From the NCBI GenBank assembly GCA_009784515.1, contig WRBN01000001.1:628-64627 (forward strand): DNA of 64,000 nt, given 5' to 3'. Shown piece after piece: positions 46,630 to 55,489 of this stretch. The position numbers and the translations under genes were made by a program. Each line of letters begins with the position of its first letter. Position 1 is the first letter of the stretch. The stretch comes from Spirochaetaceae bacterium (GTDB taxonomy: Bacteria; Spirochaetota; Spirochaetia; WRBN01). The notes under the pieces were generated by a model that was not told where the DNA came from, searched no databases, and saw nothing but the letters and a program-made list of their open reading frames with translations.

Positions 46630-46866
46630 ATGGAAATATTTTTTTTATTTTTTATCATTACAGGCTTCGTTATTGCCGTTTGGTTGTTACGGTTTATTTT
46701 TAATGTAACTTTTTGGTTAATTATTTTTCTTTGGCCGCTTATTATCGTTGTAGCTATTGTTGCGATAGTGGTAAGCTTGCTCTTTTTTACCTTTAGTATT
46801 TGGCCCATTATTTTAGCAGTGGTCATAATGGGCTTATTAGTAAGCAGCTCTAAAAAGAGACGATAA
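46630..46866 (+). CDS. Small membrane protein (78 aa)
   Basis: Two or three hydrophobic helices. Preferred over the antisense ORF 46617..46826. Confidence 0.4.
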   Translation: MEIFFLFFIITGFVIAVWLLRFIFNVTFWLIIFLWPLIIVVAIVAIVVSLLFFTFSIWPIILAVVIMGLLVSSSKKRR

Positions 46867-46871
46867 TAAGG

Positions 46872-47654
46872 CTACTCCCTTAAGGTACCGTCAAGATTAA
46901 TAATTTTGCGCTTTAGCTCTACCTTAAGGCCGGCGGCGGTAACGGCCTCTTGGGCTAAATACCATAACCCGCCGCAGCAAGGGACTTCCATCGTTAATAC
47001 CGTTATGGCGGTAACACCTGCTTCGTTAATAAAAGCTACCAGCTTTTCAAGGTAACCTTCGCTGTCATCAAGTTTAGGGCAAGCAATAGCTAAAGTTTTA
47101 TCTGCTAAAAACTTACTATGAAAGTTAGGATAAGCGAAAGGTACACAATCGGCAGCCAGCAGTAAATGGCTGCCTTTAAAGTGAGGGGCTAAAGGCGATA
47201 CCAAATGCAGCTGGATAGGCCACTGTTTTAAATGGCTTACGCTAGTTTCGGCCGATTGAAGCTGGCTCACTTGCGGGACGGCGACAATTTTTTCCGTAAA
47301 GCCGGCAGGGATTGCCAACCCGTTATCCTTTAAATATTGAATACCTTCGTTGTAAAACTGTGTTTGTTTATGGTCTAGCAAATGAAGCAGGTGGGCTTTA
47401 ATAACGGCCTCACCTTTGGTAACTAAGGTGGCCATTACTTTAGCCTCATTGTAAGGTTCGGCTTCGCGCCGCTCAATAGTTAAGGCATAAGTTGGGCAAG
47501 CGGCCAGACAAGCCCCTAAGCCATCACAAAGTAAATCGCCAATTAAGCGGGCTTTACCATCAATAATGGTTAAAGCCCCTTCGTGGCAGCTGCTGGCACA
47601 AAAACCGCAGCCGGTGCATAAATCTTCGTTAATAAGGATAATATCGCGTTTCAT
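46872..47654 (-). CDS. 4Fe-4S dicluster-domain protein
   Basis: CTGCGFCASSC and CDGLGACLAACP ferredoxin motifs. The ATG at 47654 has a GAGG SD. Confidence 0.65.
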   Translation of the reverse strand: MKRDIILINEDLCTGCGFCASSCHEGALTIIDGKARLIGDLLCDGLGACLAACPTYALTIERREAEPYNEAKVMATLVTKGEAVIKAHLLHLLDHKQTQFYNEGIQYLKDNGLAIPAGFTEKIVAVPQVSQLQSAETSVSHLKQWPIQLHLVSPLAPHFKGSHLLLAADCVPFAYPNFHSKFLADKTLAIACPKLDDSEGYLEKLVAFINEAGVTAITVLTMEVPCCGGLWYLAQEAVTAAGLKVELKRKIINLDGTLRE

Positions 47655-47749
47655 TTTTGCCTCGTACATGCTTATAGCCCTCATCACGAGGGCTTAAACA
47701 AGATGTATTAATAGTTAGTATCGCCTGCAAAACAGGACAACTTTTATAA

Positions 47750-48391
47750 TTAACGCCACAACGAGCGGATAAACTGCTCGGCCCGAGTGCGGGCATTGCT
47801 GCTATAACCGTTACCGTTAGCAATTAACAAAACGGTAATAAGGGTTTCTTCATCAATTTCGGTGCGCGACATTAAAGCGTCAACGGCATCAATATATAAA
47901 ATGGCGGTAAGGCTGCTTTGGTTGGTAGCCATATCGCGCCTGATGGCACTATTTAAAATACGTAAAGTTAAAATATCGTTGCTATGGCCGCCCATATTGG
48001 CTAACGCTACCATAGCGGTATTTTTAGCCTGCGAATCAGTCTCGGCATCTAAAGCGTTAAGGATAGCTTCGCGGGCTAAATCGCCGCCGGCCACACCTAA
48101 TAAAGCTACGGCACGCATACGAATATCGGCATTAACCCGGCCGTCTATAGTACCAAAGGTACGGTTAAGGGTGCCGTCACCGGCCATAAAGGCCAATACC
48201 CTAATAACATCGTCATCTAGAGCAATTTCGCCGCTCTCAATCTCAAAGATTAAGCCCAAGCGCACAAGGCGGTCGGGGTTGGTAGCCAAAAGCATTAGGG
48301 CCCGCTCTTTCATAGTCATATTACTATTTACTTGGGCAATAGCCGTAAACGAAAAGCTAAACAAAAGCATTAGCGCTAATAGTTTTTTCAT
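47750..48391 (-). CDS. Secreted HEAT/armadillo-like repeat protein
   Basis: Signal peptide MKKLLALMLLFSFSFTAIA; repeated helical R..A..AL motifs. Confidence 0.5.
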   Translation of the reverse strand: MKKLLALMLLFSFSFTAIAQVNSNMTMKERALMLLATNPDRLVRLGLIFEIESGEIALDDDVIRVLAFMAGDGTLNRTFGTIDGRVNADIRMRAVALLGVAGGDLAREAILNALDAETDSQAKNTAMVALANMGGHSNDILTLRILNSAIRRDMATNQSSLTAILYIDAVDALMSRTEIDEETLITVLLIANGNGYSSNARTRAEQFIRSLWR

Positions 48392-48500
48392 ATTATCTCC
48401 ACTATATCTTAAAATAATTTATAATTGGGCTCAAAAGTATAGCTTAATTATAGTTTATCTTAAACAAAAAGTCAAAGGCTAATTAGCTTATCGGCAGATA

Positions 48501-48558
48501 ATAGGTGAGAGTTAAGAACTGAGAACTGAAAGCTTTTTAATTCTCACTTTTCACCTAT
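48501..48558. repeat. Imperfect inverted pair of the same TGAAA-rich repeat family with nothing between the arms
   Basis: ATAGGTGAGAGTTAAGAACTGAGAACTGAAAGC / TTAATTCTCACTTTTCACCTAT. Confidence 0.5.
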
Positions 48559-48584
48559 CAACTGCGGCCCGCCGTTTTTTGTAC

Positions 48585-48613
48585 TGGTCATTAACTAAAA
48601 TTTATGCTATACC
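48585..48613 (+). promoter_or_regulatory. Weak sigma70-like promoter TGGTCA-17-TATACC, 6 nt from the AI-2E transporter ATG
   Basis: Direct reading. Confidence 0.3.
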
Positions 48614-48619
48614 TTATTA

Positions 48620-49768
48620 ATGAGTAAAAATAACCCGCAAAAAATTTTCTTTTTAATTTTATTTAGCTTATTATTTTTAGTGGTATTACGTATTTTTTCA
48701 CCCTATGTATCGGCTTTATTGTGGGCCGGTATGTTTTATTTAATGATTAGCCCTATCTACAACAAAATTATTAATAAGCCTTTTAATTTTAAACACCCTT
48801 TTTTTAAGCTTAACTTTTGGCAAAAAATTAAGCTTAAGCAACGGTTTTTTGCTTTACTCTTTACCTTTGCTTCGCTCTTTATTGTTTTTATTCCGCTGGC
48901 CGTATTGGTGGTTGAGTTTTCGCGGCAAATGATAGAGCAAATAAATAATTTAATTTATTTTATCGAAGGCGACCCGCGTTTCGCCAGCTTTGACGAGCTG
49001 GAGCTTTGGCTGGCCTCGTTTAACTTACCTTTTGATATTAGCCGCCTCGATATTAGGGGTTTTATCTTATCGTTTTTGAATAATATCCCCAGCCATATCT
49101 CTAACTCGGTATTGGCGGTAGGCAGCGGCTTAGGCGGGTTTTTATTGGGGTTTTTATTTATGATGGTAAGCCTTTATTTTTACTTGTCCGAAGGGCCAAA
49201 TTTATTAAATTTATTAATTAGGGCCATACCGATAGAACGCAGTTACTCGCAAATTTTTATTAACCGTTTTGCCGAAGCCGGTAAAGCCATTTTGCTGGGG
49301 TTTTTTATCACGGCGCTTGGGCAAGCTATCGTGGCTTATATTATTTTTTCGGTCGCCGGGATTAGGGCTACGTTAGTTTTAAGCGCTTTAGTTTTTGTTA
49401 TTAGTTTTATCCCTATGCTGGGGGCTACCGCCGTTTGGGTGCCTTTGGCCATTTTGCAGCTTATACAAACCGGCAATATTTTAGGATTTTTAATTTTTTC
49501 GGGCAGCTGCGCTTTATTTATTAGCAGTATCGATATGTTTTATAAACCGTGGGTATTAGGCAACCGTGTTAATATTCACCCTTTACTCATTTTATTTTCG
49601 CTGCTGGGTGGTATCCAGCTGTTTGGCCTTAATGGTATCGTGCTGGGGCCAATGCTGCTCACCCTGTTTTTTGCCAGCCTTGAGATATTTTTAAAAGAAA
49701 ACCCCTATAACGAAGATAATAACCTTTTACCGGGACCTTCTATTAACCCAGATAAGGAGCAGCTATGA
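48620..49768 (+). CDS. AI-2E family transporter (PerM/UPF0118)
   Basis: About 8 TM segments; ISFIPMLGATAVWVP motif region. Confidence 0.8.
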   Translation: MSKNNPQKIFFLILFSLLFLVVLRIFSPYVSALLWAGMFYLMISPIYNKIINKPFNFKHPFFKLNFWQKIKLKQRFFALLFTFASLFIVFIPLAVLVVEFSRQMIEQINNLIYFIEGDPRFASFDELELWLASFNLPFDISRLDIRGFILSFLNNIPSHISNSVLAVGSGLGGFLLGFLFMMVSLYFYLSEGPNLLNLLIRAIPIERSYSQIFINRFAEAGKAILLGFFITALGQAIVAYIIFSVAGIRATLVLSALVFVISFIPMLGATAVWVPLAILQLIQTGNILGFLIFSGSCALFISSIDMFYKPWVLGNRVNIHPLLILFSLLGGIQLFGLNGIVLGPMLLTLFFASLEIFLKENPYNEDNNLLPGPSINPDKEQL

Positions 49769-50226
49769 AAGCAGGGCGTGAAAGAGTAATAAGTTTTAAC
49801 TTTTTAATAAGAGATAGTTTAGGCAACGAGCTGGAGAGCAGTGATGGCAGCCCCAGCAGTTATATACAAGGGATAGGAGCCGCCCTACCGGCTATCGAGC
49901 AGGCGTTAGACGGCCAAGAGGCCGGCTTTAAAACCGAGCTTAAACTTAGCGCCGCCGAAGCTTTTGGCGACTACAACGAAGATTATATTATAACTGTGCC
50001 CCTTAGCGAGTTTGAAAGCGAAGATATAGCGGTAGGTATGGAGTTTACTGCCGATGAAGATAGTGATGAAGATTTAATCTGGCGTATCAGTAAAATTACC
50101 GACAGTGAGGTTACCTTAGATGCCAACCACCCTTATGCCGGTAAAGCCCTTAATTTTTTTATCGAGCTCACAGAGGTACGCGAAGCGACCGCCGAGGAAA
50201 TTGAACAAGGCGCCGTTATTAATTAA
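49765..50226 (+). CDS. FKBP-type peptidyl-prolyl isomerase, SlyD-like
   Basis: FKBP core with an insert-in-flap pattern (...YIQGIGAALPAIEQALDGQEAG...AEEAFG). Confidence 0.75.
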   Translation: MKAGRERVISFNFLIRDSLGNELESSDGSPSSYIQGIGAALPAIEQALDGQEAGFKTELKLSAAEAFGDYNEDYIITVPLSEFESEDIAVGMEFTADEDSDEDLIWRISKITDSEVTLDANHPYAGKALNFFIELTEVREATAEEIEQGAVIN

Positions 50227-50260
50227 AAATAAATAATTAAATTACAGGGAGGAAAATTTT

Positions 50261-50587
50261 ATGTCAATTACTGTAAGCGAGCATATTAAAGCTGTTACCG
50301 TTGGTGAAGGAGTAAGGCGCAAAATTTTAAGTTATAACAACGATATGATGTTGGTAGAGGTAAGTTTTGAGGCCGGCTCTATTGGGGCTATCCATAGCCA
50401 CCCGCATAAACAAATAGCTTATGTGGTAAGCGGTCAATTTGAGTTTACCTTAAATGACGACGTTACCCTTATTAGCAAAGGTGATAGTTATTTGGTAGAA
50501 CCCAACCAGCCGCATGGCGTAAAGGCTTTAACGGCCGGTGTTTTAGTTGATTTTTTTACGCCTGCCCGCGAAGATTTTTTAGCCTAA
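50261..50587 (+). CDS. Cupin domain protein (paralogue of 9881..10207)
   Basis: HSHPHKQ...PHG. Collinear similarity to the other 108-aa cupin. Confidence 0.8.
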   Translation: MSITVSEHIKAVTVGEGVRRKILSYNNDMMLVEVSFEAGSIGAIHSHPHKQIAYVVSGQFEFTLNDDVTLISKGDSYLVEPNQPHGVKALTAGVLVDFFTPAREDFLA

Positions 50588-50606
50588 CCTGCATCTTTGC
50601 CCTATT

Positions 50607-50640
50607 AAAAAGCCTTGCTTAATGCAAGGCTTTTGATTTA
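50607..50640. terminator. Bidirectional terminator between the cupin gene and flaB
   Basis: AAAAAGCCTTGC-TTAAT-GCAAGGCTTTTGATTT. Confidence 0.65.
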
Positions 50641-50656
50641 TGATGGCCAAAACTGT

Positions 50657-51517
50657 TTAGCCTAATAACTGTAAAACACTTTGAGCCTGAGCATTAGCCT
50701 GAGCAAGCATAGCAACGGCAGCTTGGCCTAATACTTGGTTGGTAGCAAGTCTTACCGATTCGCTGGCCATATCTAAGTCGCGGATACGGCTTTCGCTGGC
50801 TTGAAGGTTTTCGGCCCCAATATCAATGCTTCTAATAGCCATTTCCATACGGTTTTGGTAAGCACCTAAATCGGCGCGTTGCTTATTCACTTTGTTTAAA
50901 GCAAGGTCTAGGATACCAATAGCCGAGTTAGCTTGATCGGGTGTTTCTACCGTTAAAATTTGGCTGGTGCCAATATCGCTTAAGCCTAAGGCTTCGGCGG
51001 TCATAGTGCCAATATAAATGCGGGTACGTTGGTCCATATTGGCGCCAATGTGCAGCCACATACTGGCGGCCGGAATGTTCATACCGCTGTCGGTAGAAAA
51101 ATCACCGGTAAGCATATTCATGCCGTTAAATTGAGCGTGATTAGCAATGCGGTCTACTTCGGCTACCAACTGGCTAATTTCTACCTGAATCATGATACGG
51201 TCTTCGGCGCTGTTAATACCGTTAGCGGCCTGTACGGCTAGCTCGCGCATACGTTGCAGGGCATCGGTAGTGGCTTGTAAAAAACCTTCGGTGGTTTGGA
51301 TAAACGAAACACCATCGGCAGCGTTACGCGAAGCTTGGGTTAAACCCCTAATTTGAGCGCGCATTTTTTCCGAAATAGCTAGTCCGGCAGCATCGTCGCC
51401 GGCGCGGGTAATACGCAGGCCGCTGGCCATACGGTTCATGGTATGGGTAAGGTTGCCTTGATTAACTTTAGAGTTGCGGTTAGCCGACATAGCGCTTAAG
51501 TTGTGGTTAATAATCAT
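50657..51517 (-). CDS. flaB: Flagellar filament core protein FlaB (spirochaete-type flagellin)
   Basis: [10 protein letters not shown]...[21 protein letters not shown]-terminus and conserved C-terminus ...VLQLL. Confidence 0.9.
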   Translation of the reverse strand: MIINHNLSAMSANRNSKVNQGNLTHTMNRMASGLRITRAGDDAAGLAISEKMRAQIRGLTQASRNAADGVSFIQTTEGFLQATTDALQRMRELAVQAANGINSAEDRIMIQVEISQLVAEVDRIANHAQFNGMNMLTGDFSTDSGMNIPAASMWLHIGANMDQRTRIYIGTMTAEALGLSDIGTSQILTVETPDQANSAIGILDLALNKVNKQRADLGAYQNRMEMAIRSIDIGAENLQASESRIRDLDMASESVRLATNQVLGQAAVAMLAQANAQAQSVLQLLG

Positions 51518-51591
51518 TTGTTAAAGATCCTCCGTGAAAAATAACTTGTGTGATGACTGGTTGTGTAAACTTCCCTGTCTACCTGTCTTAT

Positions 51592-51618
51592 TTTTCGGAT
51601 AATTTTAAAATAACCTTA
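51592..51618 (-). promoter_or_regulatory. Sigma28 (FliA)-like promoter TAAGGTTA-N11-TCCGAAAA upstream of flaB
   Basis: Compared by eye with the consensus TAAAGTTT-N11-GCCGATAA. It would give a leader of about 70 nt. Confidence 0.4.
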
Positions 51619-51668
51619 ATAATTTTTTATCTTTGTTTTTACTAAAAAATCTTTTATTCTTTTTTTTC

Positions 51669-51697
51669 TTGACAAGCTTTATCTATTGCGATATATA
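51669..51697 (+). promoter_or_regulatory. Sigma70-like promoter TTGACA-17-TATATA for the arsR-like gene
   Basis: Direct reading. Confidence 0.5.
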
Positions 51698-51790
51698 TTA
51701 ATTTATTCTAATATACTAATGCAACAAGGAGCGGTTATGTTAAAAAATAAAACTAGAAGGGGTAGAGCCTAAAAAGACGATAAACTAAAT

Positions 51791-52081
51791 ATGGAAGAAA
51801 ACGCAAAAAAGCTGGCCGATATGCTTAAAATTTTGGCCAATGAAAACCGTTTACTTATTCTTTGCGCCCTGATAGAGGGCGCAAAGACGGTAAGCCAAAT
51901 TGGTGATTATGTACCTAAAATTTCGCAAAGCGCTTTGTCGCAACATCTTAATTTACTTAAAGTCGCCGGTATCCTTGGCTCGCAAAAAGAGGGACTTAAT
52001 GTAACTTATTCGCTGGCCGATTTACGCGTAACGGAGGTTATTGGTGTTTTAAAGCAATATTATTGTCCTAGCGAACAGTAA
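51791..52081 (+). CDS. ArsR/SmtB-family transcriptional regulator
   Basis: LANENRLLILCAL...SQSALSQHLNLLK winged HTH. Confidence 0.85.
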   Translation: MEENAKKLADMLKILANENRLLILCALIEGAKTVSQIGDYVPKISQSALSQHLNLLKVAGILGSQKEGLNVTYSLADLRVTEVIGVLKQYYCPSEQ

Positions 52082-52115
52082 TTATTTTTAAATAAGAAAA
52101 AATAAAAAAGCGAAA

Positions 52116-52144
52116 TTGAAAAAACCATTGTTTTAGGCTATAAT
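52116..52144 (+). promoter_or_regulatory. Sigma70-like promoter TTGAAA-17-TATAAT, 5 nt from the HIT-gene ATG (leaderless geometry)
   Basis: Direct reading. Confidence 0.5.
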
Positions 52145-52149
52145 AAAGA

Positions 52150-52482
52150 ATGACCATTTTTGAACGTATATTAAGCGGCGAAATACCGGCCACCAAAGTT
52201 TATGAAGACGAGAACGTTATAGCCATCAACGATATTAACCCGCAAGCTGCCATGCATATTTTAGTAATACCTAAACAAAAAGCCAAATGGCTGCCCGATT
52301 TAGCCACTTGGAGCGATGAAGACATTGGCCGCTGCTTTAAAAGTGCCGCTTTAGCGGCTAAACAGCTGGGACTAGAAGCGTTAGGCTACCGTGTAATTAT
52401 TAATAGCGGTGAAGGCGGCGGCCAAACGGTAGATTATTTGCACATGCATATTTTAGCGGGTAATTTAAAAGAATTTGGCTAA
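52150..52482 (+). CDS. HIT-family (HinT-like) nucleotide hydrolase
   Basis: IFERILSGEIP and histidine triad HMHIL. Confidence 0.85.
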   Translation: MTIFERILSGEIPATKVYEDENVIAINDINPQAAMHILVIPKQKAKWLPDLATWSDEDIGRCFKSAALAAKQLGLEALGYRVIINSGEGGGQTVDYLHMHILAGNLKEFG

Positions 52483-52933
52483 AATAATAAGATTTGCCAA
52501 CTGGTGCATAAAAAAACGCAAGCAAATTTTTGTTGTACAACTACTTATAGGCTTAATAATTTTTTGGATACGCGATTTAAGATTTGTACTAGATACCTCT
52601 TTAGAGGTAAGCGAAGACAGCATTGCTCTCTATTATAGAGTATTTGCCGAAGCCGGGCTAGGCGGAGTAGGAGCTTTTGCTTTATTTTTATTAGCATTAT
52701 ATTTTATACTTAGATTGCCTTTTATTTTTTCTGTCTTAATTAAAAAAGAAGAAGGACGTAAAATAAGTATTTTAGAATATATATACGCGTACGCTTGGGT
52801 TTTTATGGCACTCATAACGGGTGTAGGCACCGTAATTTCCTTTATCATGGCGCCGATTGCTTTTGTTATGTGTTCGGCCTTTCGTGAGTTAGGTGAAGCT
52901 AAAAAAACACCGCTGACTACCGACAAACGGTAG
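52475..52933 (+). CDS. Hypothetical membrane protein
   Basis: Four hydrophobic segments. Overlaps the HIT gene stop. Confidence 0.45.
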   Translation: MAKIIRFANWCIKKRKQIFVVQLLIGLIIFWIRDLRFVLDTSLEVSEDSIALYYRVFAEAGLGGVGAFALFLLALYFILRLPFIFSVLIKKEEGRKISILEYIYAYAWVFMALITGVGTVISFIMAPIAFVMCSAFRELGEAKKTPLTTDKR

Positions 52934-53014
52934 ATTATTTGCATGTACACCTGCTGGCCAGCAGCCAAATTGAAAAATAAAAAAATACTTCTTTCAATTT
53001 TTACTTTTTAATTT

Positions 53015-54514
53015 TCAATTAATGGGCCGTATCCCCACCCAAGTGTTAATGGTTCTGGAGCCGCGCTGGTTGGCCTGCCAGCCGTCCCATTTTTCAAGGT
53101 TAATTAAATGTGCCCGGGTAGGTATATCAAAGAGTGGGATTAAGGCTTGGTCTTGCACAATAAGTATTTCTTCGGCTAATCTTGCTAAGGCCATATATTC
53201 TTCTAAGGTAGAGGCAAAGCCGGCCAGCTCTAATAAGTTATCAAAGTTAAGGTTACTATAACCAAAGATATTAAAATGACTATGGTAGCCCGACAAAAAA
53301 AGTAATGGGTCTGGAATATGAAAGGAATAATTAGCTATAAGAAGGTGGCCATTGTTGATTTGTTCTTCTAGGTATTGATAAGGTGATATATCAATAATGT
53401 TTACATCAATGCTCAATTCATTGCGCCAGCTTTCGGCCAGGGTATCGCCAATCGGCGGCACGCCGCCGGCATTTAACCTCATTAAGGTAAGGGTTAGCCC
53501 TTCACCGCCGGCAAAGCCGGCTTCGGCCAATAGCTCTCTGGCTAAAATAGGGTCAAAGAGATTTGCCGTTGCCCAAGTCCCTAAGTGCTGATAGCCGGGT
53601 ATTGCCAGAGGCACAATTCCCTGCACAATAGGCCGAGAGCCATGTAATATATGGCTTAAATTGTTACGGTTAATGGCTAAAGCTAAGGCTTGCCGTAAAC
53701 GTACATCACTTAACGGCCCATGATGGTTAATGGCTACAAAATAGGTATTTAAAACGGGGGCAATCTGTGTGTGGCGGTTAGCAAAGGCTTGGGCCGAAAT
53801 GGTGCGCGGTATATGCGGCCCTGTTGCTACCCAATCGGCTCTGCCTGTATAAAAGGCATTAAAAAGGCTATAGTTGGTATCGGCAGGGTTATCGGGGATA
53901 GAAAGGACTATTAAACGGTCTATAAAGACATTCTCCCTATCCCAATAATGGGGGTTGGCCAGCATAACCATTTGGTTACCCCTTTGGCTTTGCAAGATAA
54001 AAGGGCCGCTGCTCACCTGTTTAGCAGGAAGCGCCCAGCTATCGCCGTGCTGCTGAATAACGTGCATAGGCAAGATAAAAAGGAAAGGAAGTATATCTTC
54101 TATAAAAAACTGGGGAGATTTAAAATTAACACGAAAGGTTAAATCGTTAAGAATTTCAAAGCTTAAAATGTTATTAAAGATAATAGTGGTATAACTATCC
54201 GTTGTTATTGGCTGTAAAAAATTAGCGATAATAGCTTGCATATTGATGGGCCGGCCATCACTAAAGGTGATGTTGGGGCGCAGGTTAAAGGTTACAGCCG
54301 TGTTATCTTCATTAATTTGCCAGCTTTTAGCTATGGCAGGAACAATGTTACCCGCCGTATCAAAACGGGCTAACCCTTCGTATAGGGCCATATCGCCCTG
54401 TAAATTAAAGACAAAAGGACCTGCATCGGCCACCACAAAGGTAACTATGTTAGAGTTATTATTGCAGGACAAAACCACAAATAATAAAGTGAATAATAAA
54501 ACTATTTTTTTCAT
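53015..54514 (-). CDS. ABC transporter substrate-binding lipoprotein, family 5 (peptide/nickel type)
   Basis: Lipobox LLFVVLSC. SBP_bac_5-like length and motifs. ATG at 54514 with a G-rich SD. Confidence 0.8.
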   Translation of the reverse strand: MKKIVLLFTLLFVVLSCNNNSNIVTFVVADAGPFVFNLQGDMALYEGLARFDTAGNIVPAIAKSWQINEDNTAVTFNLRPNITFSDGRPINMQAIIANFLQPITTDSYTTIIFNNILSFEILNDLTFRVNFKSPQFFIEDILPFLFILPMHVIQQHGDSWALPAKQVSSGPFILQSQRGNQMVMLANPHYWDRENVFIDRLIVLSIPDNPADTNYSLFNAFYTGRADWVATGPHIPRTISAQAFANRHTQIAPVLNTYFVAINHHGPLSDVRLRQALALAINRNNLSHILHGSRPIVQGIVPLAIPGYQHLGTWATANLFDPILARELLAEAGFAGGEGLTLTLMRLNAGGVPPIGDTLAESWRNELSIDVNIIDISPYQYLEEQINNGHLLIANYSFHIPDPLLFLSGYHSHFNIFGYSNLNFDNLLELAGFASTLEEYMALARLAEEILIVQDQALIPLFDIPTRAHLINLEKWDGWQANQRGSRTINTWVGIRPIN

Positions 54515-54564
54515 ATTTTCCCCCATTGTTAAACAAACTATATGAACTTATTAGTGAATATCTT

Positions 54565-54593
54565 AGTTTACTTTATGAAGATAGGGTTGTCAA
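54565..54593 (-). promoter_or_regulatory. Sigma70-like promoter TTGACA-17-TAAACT for the SBP gene
   Basis: Shares the palindromic TTGTCAA with the plus-strand promoter at 54587. Confidence 0.4.
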
Positions 54594-54615
54594 GAGAGTT
54601 TAATCACTTTATAAT
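54587..54615 (+). promoter_or_regulatory. Near-consensus promoter TTGTCA-17-TATAAT with no downstream CDS
   Basis: Direct reading. It points into a 170-bp non-coding spacer that ends in a terminator-like hairpin. Confidence 0.5.
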
Positions 54616-54656
54616 ACATTTATCACTGAAATATCAATAAATAAAGTTGAGCGGTT

Positions 54657-54685
54657 ACACCCTAAAGGGTTGGGGTATTAGACCC
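54657..54685. repeat. REP-like element copy with GGGGTATTAGACCC
   Basis: ACCC-TAAA-GGGT hairpin followed by the identical 14-mer. The downstream (G)C.TACG(G)CAATAA(A)G is also shared with the copy at 31731-31747. Confidence 0.65.
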
Positions 54686-54692
54686 GCGCCTA

Positions 54693-54723
54693 CGGCAATA
54701 AAGAAACAAGCTGTACATCTTGT
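54693..54723 (+). terminator. Terminator-like hairpin ending the candidate sRNA
   Basis: GAAACAAG-CTGTACAT-CTTGTTTC followed by CTTATTT. Confidence 0.5.
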
Positions 54724-54770
54724 TTCCTTATTTACACCTACTGACTAGCACCCAAATGGAAAAATACTCC

Positions 54771-54794
54771 CTTTAATTTTCACTTTTCAATTTT
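54771..54794. repeat. Solo copy of the repeat family (CTTTAATTTTCACTTTTCAATTTT)
   Basis: 23/24 identical to 60804..60827. Overlaps the GNAT stop codon. Confidence 0.7.
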
Positions 54795-55338
54795 TTACCC
54801 AGTCTCTTCTAAATAAACCCATAACTATACTATCGTGATACCGGCCCTCACGGTAAAGTTCCTCTTTGAGCACCCCTTCTTCTTTAAAGCCTAATTTTTT
54901 ATATAAAGCTATGCCGGCCTCATTAAAGCTAAAAACAAACAATTTTATTTTACGTATGTTTAACTCATTAAAGATAAAACGAATAAGCAAGCTTAAGGCC
55001 TCGTAGCCATAACCTAGTCTTTGATAAGGTTTACCTAAAAAAATGCCAATATTGGCAATGCGGGCAATTTCGTCAAATTTTTGAACGCTGCAACCGCCCA
55101 TATAAACATCATCTTCATTACGCACAATGGCAAAATCGAAGGTAGGGCCGCTCTTTTTCATCGCCTCCCCTACAAAATCTTTTTCTTCTTGCAGACTAGT
55201 AGGGAAAGTTGGTAATACCCTTGCTGTGCGTATGCTGCTGTAATCGTTAATGAGCTTATAAGCCGGCTGGGTATCTTCTTCTTTGTAGGCGCGCAGGTAA
55301 AGCCTTTCACCTTGTAGGGGGTTGGTAAATTTATCCAT
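54787..55338 (-). CDS. GNAT-family N-acetyltransferase (RimJ/RimL-like)
   Basis: Acetyl-CoA motif Q.LGYGYEAL and KLGFKEEG. Confidence 0.8.
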   Translation of the reverse strand: MDKFTNPLQGERLYLRAYKEEDTQPAYKLINDYSSIRTARVLPTFPTSLQEEKDFVGEAMKKSGPTFDFAIVRNEDDVYMGGCSVQKFDEIARIANIGIFLGKPYQRLGYGYEALSLLIRFIFNELNIRKIKLFVFSFNEAGIALYKKLGFKEEGVLKEELYREGRYHDSIVMGLFRRDWVKN

Positions 55339-55451
55339 AGTAAATCTCCTTTAAAATTGATAAAAGCATTATAACATAATAATAACTAAAAAACTAGTAG
55401 CTACCGTAATTATTTATTAATAATTTAACTCTATAAAGGCTACACATGGCC

Positions 55452-55481
55452 TTGTCAAAATGCTTAGCATTAAGTTATAGT
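55452..55481 (+). promoter_or_regulatory. Sigma70-like promoter TTGTCA-18-TATAGT, 8 nt from the parC ATG
   Basis: Direct reading; no SD. Confidence 0.4.
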
Positions 55482-55489
55482 ATCTAGCT

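Larger units (their letters stand above)
54622..54723 (+). ncRNA. Candidate small RNA of about 100 nt (promoter to intrinsic terminator)
   Basis: Bounded by the TATAAT promoter at 54587-54615 and the hairpin GAAACAAG/CTTGTTTC plus CTTATTT at 54693-54723. Contains the GGGGTATTAGACCC element. No ATG-initiated ORF. Confidence 0.3.

Noticed and set aside
47862-48482. 206-aa plus-strand ORF on the track
   Set aside because: It is antisense to the signal-peptide-bearing HEAT-repeat gene 47750..48391. Its translation is low-complexity and Ser/Arg/Ala-rich, typical of a shadow frame, and it has no SD or promoter.
54787-54789. Possibility that TGA is generally recoded in this genome, prompted by the in-frame TGA at 62947
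   Set aside because: TGA terminates the GNAT gene at the expected full domain length. All other genes give full-length products under the standard code, so any readthrough would be local, not a variant genetic code.
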